From Squalus acanthias (lineage: Eukaryota), in the NCBI GenBank assembly GCA_030390025.1, contig CM059438.1, forward strand, positions 79,546,001 to 79,610,000: DNA of 64,000 nucleotides, written 5' to 3'. A program made the translations under genes and the position numbers. The notes under the pieces were generated by a model. The model was not told where the DNA came from and did not search any database. It was given only the letters and a program-made list of their open reading frames with translations. Of the stretch, positions 52,737 through 64,000 are shown one piece after another; the first letter of the stretch is position 1; every line of letters begins with the position of its first letter.

Positions 52737-54349
52737 GCTGTTGTGAGGTCCATGGATTGAGCTCGAGCTGCTCTGAGGTCCATGGATTGAGCTCGAGCTG
52801 TTGTGAGGTCCATGGATTGAGCTCGAGCGGTTGTGAGGTCCATGGATTAAGCTCGATCTGTTGTGAGGTCCATGGATTGAGCTCGAGCTGCTCTGAGGTC
52901 CATGGATTGAGCTCGAGCTGCTCTGAGGTCCATGGATTGAGCTCGAGCTGCTCTGAGGTCCATGGATTGAGCTCGAGCTGTTGTGAGGTCCATGGATTGA
53001 GCTCGAGCTGCTCTGAGGTCCATGGATTGAGCTCGAGCTGTTGTGAGGTCCATGGATTGAGCTCGAGCTGTTGTGAGGTCCATGGATTGAGCTCGAGCTG
53101 CTCTGAGGTCCATGGATTGAGCTCGAGCTGTTGTGAGGTCCATGGGTTGAGCTCGAGCTGTTGTGAGGTCCATGGATTAAGCTTGAGCTGCTGTGAGTTC
53201 CATGGATTGAGCTCGAGCTGTTGTGAGGTCCATGGATTGAGCTCGATCTGTTGTGAGGTCTATGGATTGAGCTCGAGCTGCTCTGAGGTCCATGGATTGA
53301 GCTCGAGCTGCTCTGAGGTCCATGGATTGAGCTCGAGCTGTTGTGAGGTCCATGGATTGAGCTCGAGCTGCTCTGAGGTCCATGGATTGAGCTCGAGCTG
53401 TTGTGAGGTCCATGGATTGAGCTCGAGCTGTTGTGAGGTCCATGGATTGAGCTCGAGCTGCTCTGAGGTCCATGGATTGAGCTCGAGCTGTTGTGAGGTC
53501 CATGGGTTGAGCTCGAGCTGTTGTGAGGTCCATGGATTAAGTTCGAGCTGCTGTGAGTTCCATGGATTGAGCTCGAGCTGTTGTGAGGTCCATGGATTGA
53601 GCTCGATCTGTTGTGAGGTCTATGGATTGAGCTCGAGCTGCTCTGAGGTCCATGGATTGAGCTCGAGCTGCTCTGAGGTCCATGGGTTGAGCTCGAGCTG
53701 CTCTGAGGTCCATGGATTGAGCTCGAGCTGCTCTGAGGTCCATGGGTTGAGCTCGAGCTGTTGAGGTCCATGGATTGAGCTCGAGCTGCTCTGAGGTCCA
53801 TGGATTGAGCTCGAGCTGTTGTGAGGTCCATGGATTGAGCTCGAGCTGCTCTGAGGTCCATGGATTGAGCTCGAGCTGTTGTGAGGTCCATGGATTAAGC
53901 TCGAGCTGTTGTGAGGTCCATGGATTGAGCTCGAGCTGCTCTGAGGTCCATGGATTGAGCTCGAGCTGTTGTGAGGTCCATGGATTAAGCTCGAGCTGTT
54001 GTGAGGTCCATGGATTGAGCTCGAGCTGTTGTGAGGTCCATGGATTGAGCTCGAGCTGTTGTGAGGTCCATGGATTAAGCTCGAGCTGTTGTGAGGTCCA
54101 TGGATTGAGCTCGAGCTGCTCTGAGGTCCATGGATTGAGCTCGAGCTGTTGTGAGGTCCATGGATTGAGCTCGAGCTGCTCTGAGGTCCATGGATTAAGC
54201 TCGAGCTGTTGTGAGGTCCATGGATTAAGCTCGAGCTGTTGTGAGGTCCATGGATTGAGCTCGAGCTGCTCTGAGGTCCATGGATTGAGCTCGATCTGCT
54301 GTGAGGTCCATGGATTAAGCTCGATCTGTTGTGAGGTCCATGGATTGAG
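52737..54349. repeat. 30-bp minisatellite, ~54 copies
   Basis: Unit gctg(ttg/ctc)tgaggtccatggattgagctcga, with one 2-bp deletion at ~53761. There are no unique spacers, so this is not CRISPR. Confidence 0.99.
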
Positions 54350-55828
54350 TTTAGCCAGTTAGGAGGGTGAAAGACAGCTCAAATTTTTAATGAGGATGAG
54401 AAACTGAGCTCCAGGTTTTACAAAAACAAACTGAGCTTGGGCAATTATGAAGATGAAACTGAGCTTGGAGATTTATGAAGACAACATATTGAGCTCAGGG
54501 TTTGAAGGCAGTGCCTGAGTTAGGGTTGGTCTGAGTACTATGAGTTGTTATTAAAAACAATGGATTGAGTCATGGTTGTTGAGGATGAAAGACTGAGCTG
54601 GGATTGTTGCAGTAGCAGAACTTTGTAAAACCTCCAACTGTAAAATCATATTTATTTCAGATGCTGTTGGCCAAGATACTGTAAATTTAAAATGGACTCA
54701 GTTAGCCACATTCTTAAAAGAGCTCCCTTGTATTTGTGGGAGAAAAAGGCAATACATGAAAACAGTCTTAATTTTTATGGGACTATGTGATGCAGTTGAT
54801 TTCCTACAGCAAAGTCATTACGTGGATTCAGAATTGCATCAAAAATGTCTTCATTTTTTTGAGATGTTAATAAATGCAAACCATCATCAAAGCAAAAATG
54901 GCTACAAGAGCAAACAAGCTATGGAGATCAAATGTCAAAGGCAAACAAGACCGCCAGAATGACCAGAAGATTGCTGCTCACATCCTATTTATGTGAGCAG
55001 TAAAATTGATTAATAATGATTGTCTGGTTAGTGGGAAATAACTTCTGTGATCTGATGTGTCAATGGCTGTCTTTGGTATTGCATAAATGTTGCTGATTTT
55101 CCCCATATCCAGTTTCTTGTTTTCAAGTTCAAGTGGTGATGAAAGGGCTCCACGTAACATATCATCAGAAACTCCATTAAAAGATCCCAGAAAGGACATT
55201 AAGATTTTGGATGCATTATTGTTTTCCATTTAAGAAATGTGGAAGTATCGAATTGGTAGTTACTCGATGGTTTTTGATTCTGTTTAATTATGTACTTCAC
55301 AAATAAATCTTCTATTTGTTTGTTCTTGGGATGTGGGTGACAGTGTTGTCCTCAGGGCAATTATGGATGGGCGAGAGTCATATGTGCGCTAGACCGGGTA
55401 GGGGTGGCAAGCTCAAAATTTGCCATGGTGGGATTTTCAACTCTCAACCTCTGGGTTGCTCGTCCAGTATGAAACCCACTAGGCTACCGTACCCTGACTA
55501 TTACCTTTCGCATATTATAGTCCATCAATCAGCTGCCTTCCAAAGTGGATAGGAGCACTTTGAGGACAACTGTGGTGTGGTGTGAAGTGTTAAGGTAAAA
55601 TGGTAATTGTTGGTCCTGTGGGATTGTATGCCTATTCACATCACACACAAGTTTTAGTACATAGGAGCTGCAGGTCCACTTATGGAATTTGAGCTTAAAG
55701 CAGTTGAGAGCCCAAATTGTAACAGGGACAATGGACTCTCAGACTTTCATGAAGGCAACATAATGAGGTTGAGACATAGCCATATGGTTAGAGTTTTGCT
55801 TTCCTGTGAGGATTGTCACATTTAGTTA

Positions 55829-56265
55829 GAAAGAATTTGCATTTATATAGCGCCTTTCATGACCTCAGGACGTCCCAATGAATTACTTTTGAATGGTAGA
55901 CACTGTGGTATCGTAGGGAAACGCAGAGGCCAATTTGCGCACAATAAGCTCCCACAAACAGCAATGTGATCGTGACCGGATAATCTGTTTTATTGATGTT
56001 GGTTGAGGGATAAATATTGGCCAGGACACTAGGAAGAACTCCCCTGCTCTTCTTCGAAATAGTAGCGTGGGATCTTTTACATCCTCCTGAGGGCAGATGG
56101 GCCTCGGTTTAACGTCTCATCCAAAAGACAGCACCTCTGACAGGGCAACGCTCGCTCAGCACTGCACTGGAGTGTCAGCCTAGAATTTGTGCTCAAGTCT
56201 CTGGTGTGGGACTTGAACCCACAATCTTCTGACTCATTGGCGAGGGTGCTACCAACTGAGCCATG
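55829..56265 (-). mobile_element. Deu-type tRNA-derived SINE, near full length
   Basis: Same tail, Deu core and tRNA-like head (tggctcagttggtagcacc...gggttcaagtcccac on the - strand) as 5995-6420. Confidence 0.88.
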
Positions 56266-56773
56266 GCAAAACTGAGCTCTAAAAGAGAAAAAAATTCTGT
56301 ACTTTCTCTAGGATTGGTAACAACATGAACTGATTTTTGAAAATAATCACAAAGGTTTTCTTTTAGGCCTACAAAACGTTACTGAAACCATGAAAAAAAA
56401 AATTAAAGCTTTCGCCTTCTGTTCCTAGAAGTTATGGTAAATTAAATTCGGATTATTGAAATTCTTAAAACACATACCTGCAGATCTGAAACAAGTTTAG
56501 AAGTCTGAGGCTTTCTTGTTGCAACTTAAGCTCTTCTTTCCAATGCAATAGAAGATTTCTCTTGTAGGTCTACAAGAATGTGCACACTATTTGAAGCCCA
56601 TCAAGTTACTAGGGTAGGGTGTTCATTTTTTGCTGACGTTGCAGAAAATTTTCCTTTGTAACTTATTCAATTTTGTATGTTAGGCTTTTAGCTGAATATT
56701 AATAACTAAACCTCAGGACAGCAGCGCATCTCCAAGTGCTATGTTTCAATGCTTTTGTGCACTTGCAGCACTG

Positions 56774-56806
<33 letters not shown>

Positions 56807-56812
56807 TAAATA
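56774..56812. repeat. (TA)n-(TAAA)n microsatellite
   Basis: Directly visible. Confidence 0.9.
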
Positions 56813-56939
56813 TTGTGACAGTATCTTCGGAGATTGACAACAGTTAACGGAGTCATTAAACTTTCTGAACAAGTACAGCTGTGGGGAACACAAATGTAGA
56901 CCTCTAATAAATAATGGAGAAAAAACAGAGAGAGAGATT

Positions 56940-59900
56940 ACACAGGAGAATCATTACTTTTATTACTTTCGAGTCCCATGGCATCACTCTGTCAGTTTAC
57001 AATTCCATTCCGCCATCTTAATTACAAAAATCATTTGTTCACAGTCGTATGAGTCAGAACCAATAACAGAACACAAAAATAATATTGCACTGAATCTCAG
57101 CCCTGCTGTTTCTGTGCTATGCAATTTTTACTAGTAGTAAATCGTGCAGTGAACCAATATCTACATACTTTTGATTCCAATTCTCTTCAGAAACCAAACA
57201 AAACAGTGTCTTTGGACACAGAAGTGCAGAAACCTGTATATACAACCAACTTTGGCAAAGTAGCCATGAATAAAGAACTCTTGAAGCTCGGGGAGGGGGT
57301 GGGTGCGTAGAAGCATGACAATGCTTAAATAAACCTGCCTTTTGCATTTTCGGAACAACTTTAATGATACTTTTTTTTGAACGAATTATACAGAACATCT
57401 GTCTGATTTTTATATTTCTGGATGGATCTTTTAAAAATGTTCGACTGAGAATTATAGTGTCAGTAAGCTTCTACTATAAAATAACAGATCCCTAAATACG
57501 AAAACCATGGGCCCTCCATAATACTTGAGGAAAAACTGCTAATAGCAGTTATTAAGATTAAAGTGTCACTGGGGCCTCGGTTACAAATACTAGATGTACT
57601 ATTACTCCAATCACAAATAAACACATATTAGCTATTGGTTAATGCCAATGCCAGCTGAAATTCACTGTAGATATACTTATATCTGCAGTCAGTCTAGATT
57701 AAAGCTCAGTGGAAAACCTTCGCAGTCACTTACTAATTCTGCGTTGCTGTTATAAATACGTTAAGTAAACCCTTAAGGGAGAATTGAAAGTTTTGACCGC
57801 ACACTTTAAAATTCAATACATAAAACACATATTCACGGTATTACTGAGAAATATATTAAAACAGAAAAGAGATGCATAGAACAAAACTGCACACCTGACA
57901 AGCACTGCTGTAACAGAAATATTCTTTACAATATCTCCAGGAACTTGGTACACTTATTTAGCAGCAACTTATTTGGCCAAGTTACAAAAGCAATGTGTAA
58001 GCTTCGACAAGTATCCCAAAACAAGCTACACCATATTGTACAATGCCAGGGATTCGCTATTATCATAGTAAGGAATCACTGCAGCGATTTAGTGTGGGTA
58101 AATCAAACAGGTTCACGTACATAGACGCTATTTTGTATATTATCTCAGCTTCAGACTATCACAGCATCATACATTCCACAAGTGTTTGAGGCACAAGTTA
58201 ATAAAGAATGCTAATTCTCAGGAGATGTGTGTACCACGGCCAATGTGAGAACTAATAAAAGTAACTACCATATCACACTACACACTGAATGACCCGTTTA
58301 GCTGGGTTTTCCAAAAGTATTAGATTATTTAGAATGTAAAGTCTAATTCAAATATTTAAATTCTGCATCTATACAGTAACCTAATATGTGTAAGTATCCC
58401 AGATCTTATAGGCATGTATAAAAGTTCCTTGAGACCAATTATTTATCTAGAAGCTTACATAAGGTTTACTTTGTGAGGAGAGATTTTCACACTGATTCCT
58501 TGCTTTAATATGTATCCACATTAAGCGTGAATAGAAATGAACAATGATGTGAATATAAAATGTGCATTAGTATTGAACTGTAGCACCGTAACCTTTTGTG
58601 GTTTCATGAACAATTTAAGTTGCATTATGGCCACAATACTCATTTTCACAATAGCTAGTTCATAAACCTAAAACTGAATAAATTTTCATCGCTATTTTAT
58701 GTGCTAATAATACACGAGAAAGAATTTTGGCCATGAAGGCAAGCTCTTTGTACAATTGCAGAGTACCCATGCCAACAAAGCTACTCCCATTGTTATCATT
58801 GGTATGCAATGTTCCAGTGCAAAATATGCAATGTAAAACACTAACAGAAAAACACTGAGCAGTTATCTGCACGTTTATCTTAGAGTGACTTGTGCCATAA
58901 TTTCTAGCTATTAAAGTTTGAACATTCCATTGACATCGCAACAAGTTACCTATGTCTAAAGCTACCAAAAATACCATTTCAGTTATTTGCAGGTTCTGTA
59001 ATTAAATTAAAATGAAGGTTTGGGTGCTTGTGTTATTGGCAGCCATCACTTGCAAGACAGATCAATTAGTATTTCAAACTTCTTGAGCAATATGTGTGAA
59101 AATACTTGATGAAAAACAGTTTAAAAATGAAAAGAAAATATTAAAAGTTGGATATTGCTTGGGCTTATTGACTAATGAAAAGGAAAAGGACACCTTTAAA
59201 ATCACAATAAACATCAACTTATTTTTGAAGGAGAAACATACTTTATATACTGACAATATAAAGTTTAAATTCCTTTATTTTGTGCTGCTTGTTTCACGTG
59301 ATCACAATCCTACTTTGATCCTTACCCTATAAATGATTGGAACTGGTTTGTGTGGAGGTTGTGTAATGAAATGTAATGGCATTCTTGCATATTATTCTCC
59401 GTGAGCTTTTATCAACTGAAGAAACTGTGTGCGTGTGCGTCTGTATATGTGAGAGTCATCAACCATGTTACTTTTACACACCCAGTGGATACCTCTCGCA
59501 TGGCATTGCTGGAGACCTGTGATTTGGTCACCTCACCTTTTGGGCACAGGAGGTTCATTGCCTGGAGGACTGCAAGAAGAAGAAGAAGTTCTAAAGCTTA
59601 ACAAAAGTGTCAGCAATCGAAGGCGAGCATCTCTTAATGGAACAGACCTACCAGTGAGAGTGGTACAATAGCAACAGTCGCAGTTTTATCGAGGAAATGT
59701 GCAAAATGACTCAATTTTATCCGAAATAATGATTTCTGAAACATTTAAACTATTGACTGATTAGGTCAAAATGGGGGAAAACGGATACTGCACAGAGGGT
59801 GTAACGTGTGTAACACATAAATATACGGCAGTTTATAAATACTGAATTTTTCACTCTATTATCAAATCCAGGAAGTGGAACTTTTGATTGCATCCATGAT

Positions 59901-61836
59901 CAATTACATCACTCGCCAGAATAAAAATAAAGTGTACGACAACTGAAAGAAGTCCATCTTACCCATGACTTTTAAACTTGGCTCAGCTTGGACTTATTAT
60001 TGACGATAATAGAATGACTTACGGGAACCTTAGAAAATGCAGTATTTCTAATCAACATTGCATTGTATTTGTCCAGCAAGTTACAGAAATAAACGTGAAA
60101 CAGAGGTAAAATCTGGTTTGAAATACTTAGCTTTTAGATTGTAAATTTAGCCTTTGAATCCCTTTTCGCCAGCTGTACCATCCAAGAAAAGCAGAAATGA
60201 TCCATGAATGCCAGCTGAATGAGCCCTTTTAAATTCATTAACATTGGGCAGAAGAAAAATAAATTAAAAGAAACAGTGCCAGGTGTATTAACAAACTTTC
60301 CCTTCACAAAATCTGTAAACATGTCCTAATATGAATGCTAATTAGATACATGGCTTGACAGAGATTCCCAAGAATAGATTTCTTTTCAGGCAACTTTAAT
60401 GTATGGCATAATGGCACCAAAGTAATGCTTAACTGTAGAAGACTAAAATCCGGTCAAATTAATGATAGAGCATAAGTTTTTATAAGAATCTGAGGAAATA
60501 CAAAGCCATTATTTTCCTTTAATGATCACCAAAAGAGTTTGGAAAAAGCCGCAAGAGAACAATCATGTTGGCGTAAATCAAGAAGTGGAAATAAGTAGTC
60601 TGCATGAATTGAAAGCCTGTTAAGAGTTCAAGAATTTCACCTACGTGCCTCGTGAGGACTGACAATAATTTGTGGAGGACCCACCTGACTCCCACTTCCT
60701 GCTGCCCAGTGCATTGGTACTTTTGTTGGAACAGCTAGTGGTAAAAACAGGCTTGCAGCATTTATATCCAAGTTATAGAACGGCTGCAAGAGCTTCGTTC
60801 CATTTGGACTGCAAGGCATATTATGTCAACCAGTATAATACTCAGTCAAAGTTGCTCGTTATTAACAACACTAGTAGTAGCTGTACATTAGACATAGAGC
60901 TGTGGATTTTTTTTTAAACAGATCTAATTATCCATTAGCCTAGGCACAATCAATAGACACAGCATTTGTCTCACAGCAAAGCCAATGTAAATACTTTACT
61001 AACAAGACTGAATTACAGCAGCAGCACTGAGCTGTGAGAGAAACGCATGATATAGCTGTATACTAAATTACCTTGCTTCCTTTTTGGTTTCATCCACACA
61101 CATTTACATTAAATACACAATACTTTATCATAATTAACTCTTTCAAAAAAAGTTCATGTTCAGGAGGCATTGATTTTACTCTTTGTGATGTCATGGTAGG
61201 AAAACTCAATGCTCGATAAAATTTAGATAAATATAGCATTCATTTTATGATATCCCGTATAATTGTCAAAAATACTACAGGATCAAGAGCACTAAAGTAG
61301 AAAGATGTAGCAAAATTAATACCTACACTGACAGCTATAAGGTGTGGTACCTAATGGCCTTAGCATGATGCAAAAGTTTAGATTCAGTGCTGAGGAATAG
61401 TGAGCTGCAAGATCAGTACATTAATATTAGTGACTTACATATCAATGACGTCATTGAGTTTACAAAAAGAAAAATCAGAAGTCAAGGAAACAAGGCAACC
61501 TCTATCTGAGTTTCAGCAATTTTTCCAGGAGTGTTTACAGGAAAACAACTGCAAAAGTCACAATTAATCACCAAACAAAACAGACCACATGCAAGCCATG
61601 ATAAATGGCTTGCTGTAGGTTTTAAGTATAGTGTAGTAGCTCCTCGCTATAACATTTTTGGATACAATATGCATTCATTATGGTTCTCTAGTCATTAGAG
61701 AAACCATACAAAACACCCTCTTGTATAATGCACCCCCTGCTATAAGATACTTTTTTGTGTGGCATCCAAAGGCAGCAGTATAGAGAAGCTCTACTGTCAC
61801 TCAATAATTATTATTAGAACATTTTGTTTTCTGCTT
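56940..61836 (-). other. DENND1A: Putative long 3' UTR of DENND1A
   Basis: AT-rich, with no recognisable transposon for ~4.9 kb. Minus-strand AATAAA at 56959-56964 followed by a U/GU-rich tract. The 3' end is inferred. Confidence 0.5.
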
Positions 61837-63174
61837 TTATTCAAAGGTCTCCCATTTCTTCCTGAGCTGGTCCACTCTACTTTGTGATGGTGCTGCCTCC
61901 TTCTTTGTTGCATTAAGCAAATCTGCAAATGGATCTTGAGCCTCCCCAGGATTGGATGGTTGTAATATTCTTTCTTTGGAAGGCTTTGGTGGGACTAACG
62001 GTGGCTCAGTCAAATTTTTTGCAGCACCGCCCACCACTGGATTGGAATCAGACACATTTGTACCCGCTTTTCCTGCTGTTTTTGTGTAGCTTATACCACC
62101 GAGGCTTGCTGACGAGACTGCACTTTGCTGAATAAAAGTACCAGACTGAGGGATGGCTGTGGGCTGGTTGTACAAGTGGTGAAGGGAAGGTGCTGAATAG
62201 TTCCTATGAGGCATTTGGGGTTGGAAGAAACCTGAATTTGAAGGCAAAAAGCTTGAAACAAAAGCAGACGCTGCAGGTGGAGCAAAATGACTTGCAGGGG
62301 GCTGTGTCTGAGGAAACTGAAGAGCTGCTGGCATTGTTTGAGAAAATGGATAGGACGGTGGCTGTGGAAACTGCGCCATTGGTGCTGGGCTGGGGGTTGA
62401 GTATCCTAGGGTTTGGCTGAACTGTAAGGAAGCTGGTGGAGTACTTATTCCAAGGTCAGTTCCTGGTGGAGCAAAACCAGTAGAAGCAGGAGTTGAAGAC
62501 AAAGACGGTGCAGATGCTAATGAACCTTTGGGACCTGGAGATTGGCTCCTGTCAAGGCTAGAACTGGCACTCAGTGGATCCAAAAGACTCAAGAGATCGT
62601 TTCTGCTATCCGTTTCTACGCTGACTTTAATAGGTTTCAGGATATCAACAGCACATGAACTTAACAGAGGCTGAGGAGACGAATTCAATGATTGTCTTAA
62701 GTCTGGTGCTTGGGGTTTCTTTTCAGCTCCAATTGATTCTTGTAACATCTCTGAAACCGAGCCAGTGCTGGACACAGTTGTATCTTGTTTAGAGCTATCC
62801 TGTAATACTGTTGATACTTGATTAACTCCAGGAAATGCCTGCTGTTTGACTCCTCGACTAACAGCTACTGGAGGTGGAAGCACTATTCCCTTTTCTGTAG
62901 ACTTCCTGCCATGAGGCCTTGGGATTGTAATGCTGCCTTGCCCACTTGCAATTAGATCTGATGTAGGCACTGAACTGTCCCTGTTCGAAACCTCTGGATC
63001 AATCTCAGTGAAGAAACTTCCAAAGTGAATGCTGCCAGAAGATGAACCATTGATAGACTTAATATTTAGAGCCATGTCATCTTGGCCCATGCTCCAATGT
63101 TTTGTATGAGGCAGAGTATGATGCAGTCCTGCTGACATGGTCTTGCTCTTCTCAGCTGATGTCATTACTTTCCA
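61837..63174 (-). CDS. DENND1A: DENND1A (connecdenn 1, Rab35 GEF) last coding exon
   Basis: Acceptor tgtatctttgcag|TGG. Motifs WSMGQDDMA, GSITIPRPHGRK, LLSLLDPL, a Pro-rich region, the DPF motif and the C-terminal WETFE* (AP-2-binding WXXF-acidic) match DENND1A as recalled. Tail-to-tail with CRB2, as in human. Confidence 0.93.
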   Translation of the reverse strand, partial: WKVMTSAEKSKTMSAGLHHTLPHTKHWSMGQDDMALNIKSINGSSSGSIHFGSFFTEIDPEVSNRDSSVPTSDLIASGQGSITIPRPHGRKSTEKGIVLPPPVAVSRGVKQQAFPGVNQVSTVLQDSSKQDTTVSSTGSVSEMLQESIGAEKKPQAPDLRQSLNSSPQPLLSSCAVDILKPIKVSVETDSRNDLLSLLDPLSASSSLDRSQSPGPKGSLASAPSLSSTPASTGFAPPGTDLGISTPPASLQFSQTLGYSTPSPAPMAQFPQPPSYPFSQTMPAALQFPQTQPPASHFAPPAASAFVSSFLPSNSGFFQPQMPHRNYSAPSLHHLYNQPTAIPQSGTFIQQSAVSSASLGGISYTKTAGKAGTNVSDSNPVVGGAAKNLTEPPLVPPKPSKERILQPSNPGEAQDPFADLLNATKKEAAPSQSRVDQLRKKWETFE

Positions 63175-64000
63175 CTGCAAAGATACATACAATGAAAAAG
63201 TAACATACATGTATTTTTGAATAGTAAGAGTGTATTGTCATAATTCAGTGGAACTAGGGCTTTGAAACGAATACTAAGGTTGGCATGCATCTGCAAACAG
63301 GTTAAAACGCGCTAAATTGATTTATACATTCTCTGGGCAATATTGCAGATTACAAAAATGCAGTGAATAAAGTCTTATGGGCTGATTATGCTACCAAGCA
63401 GTTTCTGATGCTCATCAACACAAACCATATAACTCAGGATTCTGACTGACATAACCCACTGTACTAATACTGACAAACCTTTTCAGCTTTCAAAACATAG
63501 ACATGGACTATGGACATAGTTTCCTTCTATGACATCATTGATAAATTTCACCAGTTCTCAGCTGGGCTTATTGCTGGAAAAAAAATACAATTTACCTGCC
63601 TGTTAGCAAGTAGGACTTATTTTTAAAGACCCTGCCTAGATTAACTTTTCACTCACCATCAAGCTACTTGAAACTAACCTATGGAATGGAATTTAAAAAG
63701 GAACCATGCACAACTTTGATGAGGAGGATGAGCTGGCCAGTGGAATCGGGAGGATCTGCACCAGCCCACAAGAAACAAGAGCTGCTATGTTTTTCAGTTA
63801 GCTACAGCTGCAAGTTCAACCAGTTAGAAAGTAGAGCCATTGATCTTTCATCAGGATGTTGCATGGGGTTTGTCAATGCTGGACTAGGTACAAGAAAGTT
63901 TCTCATCACAAAGGCAAGTCTTCAACCTCCAACCTCTCTCCAGTTTACTGACGCTACTAAAGCCATTACTCCTTAGGACCTTCTTCTCGTTTATTCTAAG

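Noticed and set aside
52593-54362. Long ORFs (432, 335 and 195 aa) of HGPHNSSSSI, SSSCCEVHGL and MDLTTARAQS repeats; also a possible CRISPR-like array
   Set aside because: They arise from a 30-bp tandem unit open in several frames on both strands and broken by a 2-bp deletion. There are no unique spacers, no cas genes, and the context is eukaryotic.

Overview
Eukaryotic, vertebrate DNA. The repeat content (CR1 and L2 LINEs, Deu-type SINEs, Penelope-like fragments, TIR elements) points to a cartilaginous fish (inference). The window holds the 3' half of a Crumbs gene on the + strand, called CRB2 from its ectodomain sequence and its synteny. It is convergent with the last coding exon and long 3' UTR of DENND1A on the - strand, as in the human CRB2-DENND1A arrangement. 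Five ectodomain exons (LamG and EGF) join in a consistent reading frame. The main observation is that after the last EGF exon (phase-0 donor at 13917) the locus offers three intact, mutually exclusive C-termini. (1) An in-frame read-through into the intron encodes a tail closely resembling that of the photoreceptor isoform CRB1-B. (2) A canonical CRB2-type TM+tail exon lies at 28118-28339. (3) A second exon of identical length, with a CRB1-type TM+tail, lies at 29385-29606. This suggests the ancestral vertebrate Crumbs gene carried a C-terminal switch that was later partitioned between CRB1 and CRB2. The rest of the window is intronic or intergenic, with nested transposons, a tRNA-headed LINE and a 30-bp minisatellite showing 360-bp higher-order structure. 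All comparisons to human proteins are from memory and need database confirmation.
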